Below, one piece after another: positions 23,849-24,000 of a stretch of 24,000 bases of DNA. The notes beneath the pieces were generated by a model that saw only the letters and a list, made by a program, of their open reading frames with translations, was not told the origin of the DNA and did no database searches. The position numbers and the translations under genes are program-made. Every line of letters starts with the position of its first letter. Position 1 is the stretch's first letter. This DNA comes from an uncultured Eubacteriales bacterium (lineage in GTDB: Bacteria > Bacillota > Clostridia > Lachnospirales > Lachnospiraceae): positions 16,314-40,313 of the forward strand of contig ONLK01000006.1 of the NCBI GenBank assembly GCA_900318615.1, written 5' to 3'.

Positions 23849-24000
23849 TTACTGCGCCAGAATACTCTTCTCTCGTTTCAGGTATCGTCCGTCTCCTCGT
23901 TTTCCAAGAAATTGATGATCTTTTACAATCACCTTTCCGCGCTGCATGACAAGATCAATATCGCCATGCAGCTTCATTCCCTCATAGCAGGTGTAATCGG
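23849..24000 (-). CDS. C-terminal ~50 aa of a D-hydantoinase/dihydropyrimidinase-family amidohydrolase (gene continues beyond the right edge)
   Basis: My minus-strand translation is ...DYTCYEGMKLHGDIDLVMQRGKVIVKDHQFLGKRGDGRYLKREKSILAQ*. The pattern G-x-V-x-x-V-x-x-RG-x-x-V...G-x-x-G-x-G-R-[YF]-L-x-R is typical of hydantoinase C-termini. The position upstream of ygeY mirrors the E. coli ygeY/hyuA neighbourhood. Confidence 0.55.
   Translation of the reverse strand, partial: DYTCYEGMKLHGDIDLVMQRGKVIVKDHQFLGKRGDGRYLKREKSILAQ

Noticed and set aside
1-24000. CRISPR arrays, tRNA or rRNA genes, transposases, integrases, phage genes, toxin-antitoxin or defence systems
   Set aside because: No spaced direct-repeat arrays, cloverleaf-capable intergenic segments or mobile-element-like ORFs were seen. 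All long ORFs are accounted for by metabolic or transport genes.

Overview
The window reads as a chromosomal segment from an anaerobic Firmicutes-type bacterium, judged from SD-type RBSs (GGAGG/AAGGAG), TTGACA/TATAAT-like promoters and the gene content. I found no rRNA, tRNA, CRISPR array or mobile-element genes. Apart from a two-component system at the left edge, every gene relates to purine, nucleoside or molybdenum metabolism. Left to right: partial histidine kinase and OmpR-type regulator (-), purF (+), asnB (+), punA (-), tdk (+), add (-). Next comes one long minus-strand operon: a BMP-family nucleoside-binding protein, a YjjI-family glycyl-radical enzyme, its YjjW-family activase, an ABC ATPase and two permeases. 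After that is a minus-strand molybdenum block (MoeA-like protein, modB, modC, moaC, modA) behind a structured leader. The right end carries a minus-strand hyuA(partial)-ygeY-ygeW-carbamate kinase module, of the kind linked to anaerobic, selenium/molybdenum-dependent purine catabolism. The most interesting feature is the uncharacterised glycyl-radical enzyme and activase pair inserted between the binding-protein gene and the ATPase gene of the nucleoside importer. A 250-nt structured spacer precedes it. This context points to an undescribed anaerobic radical step acting on an imported nucleoside or ribosyl compound. Other candidates are structured non-coding regions (purF 3' region and asnB leader, ygeY leader, Moco-like leader) and a few unusual protein termini. 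All calls come from reading the sequence and the ORF track. No searches or folding computations were run.
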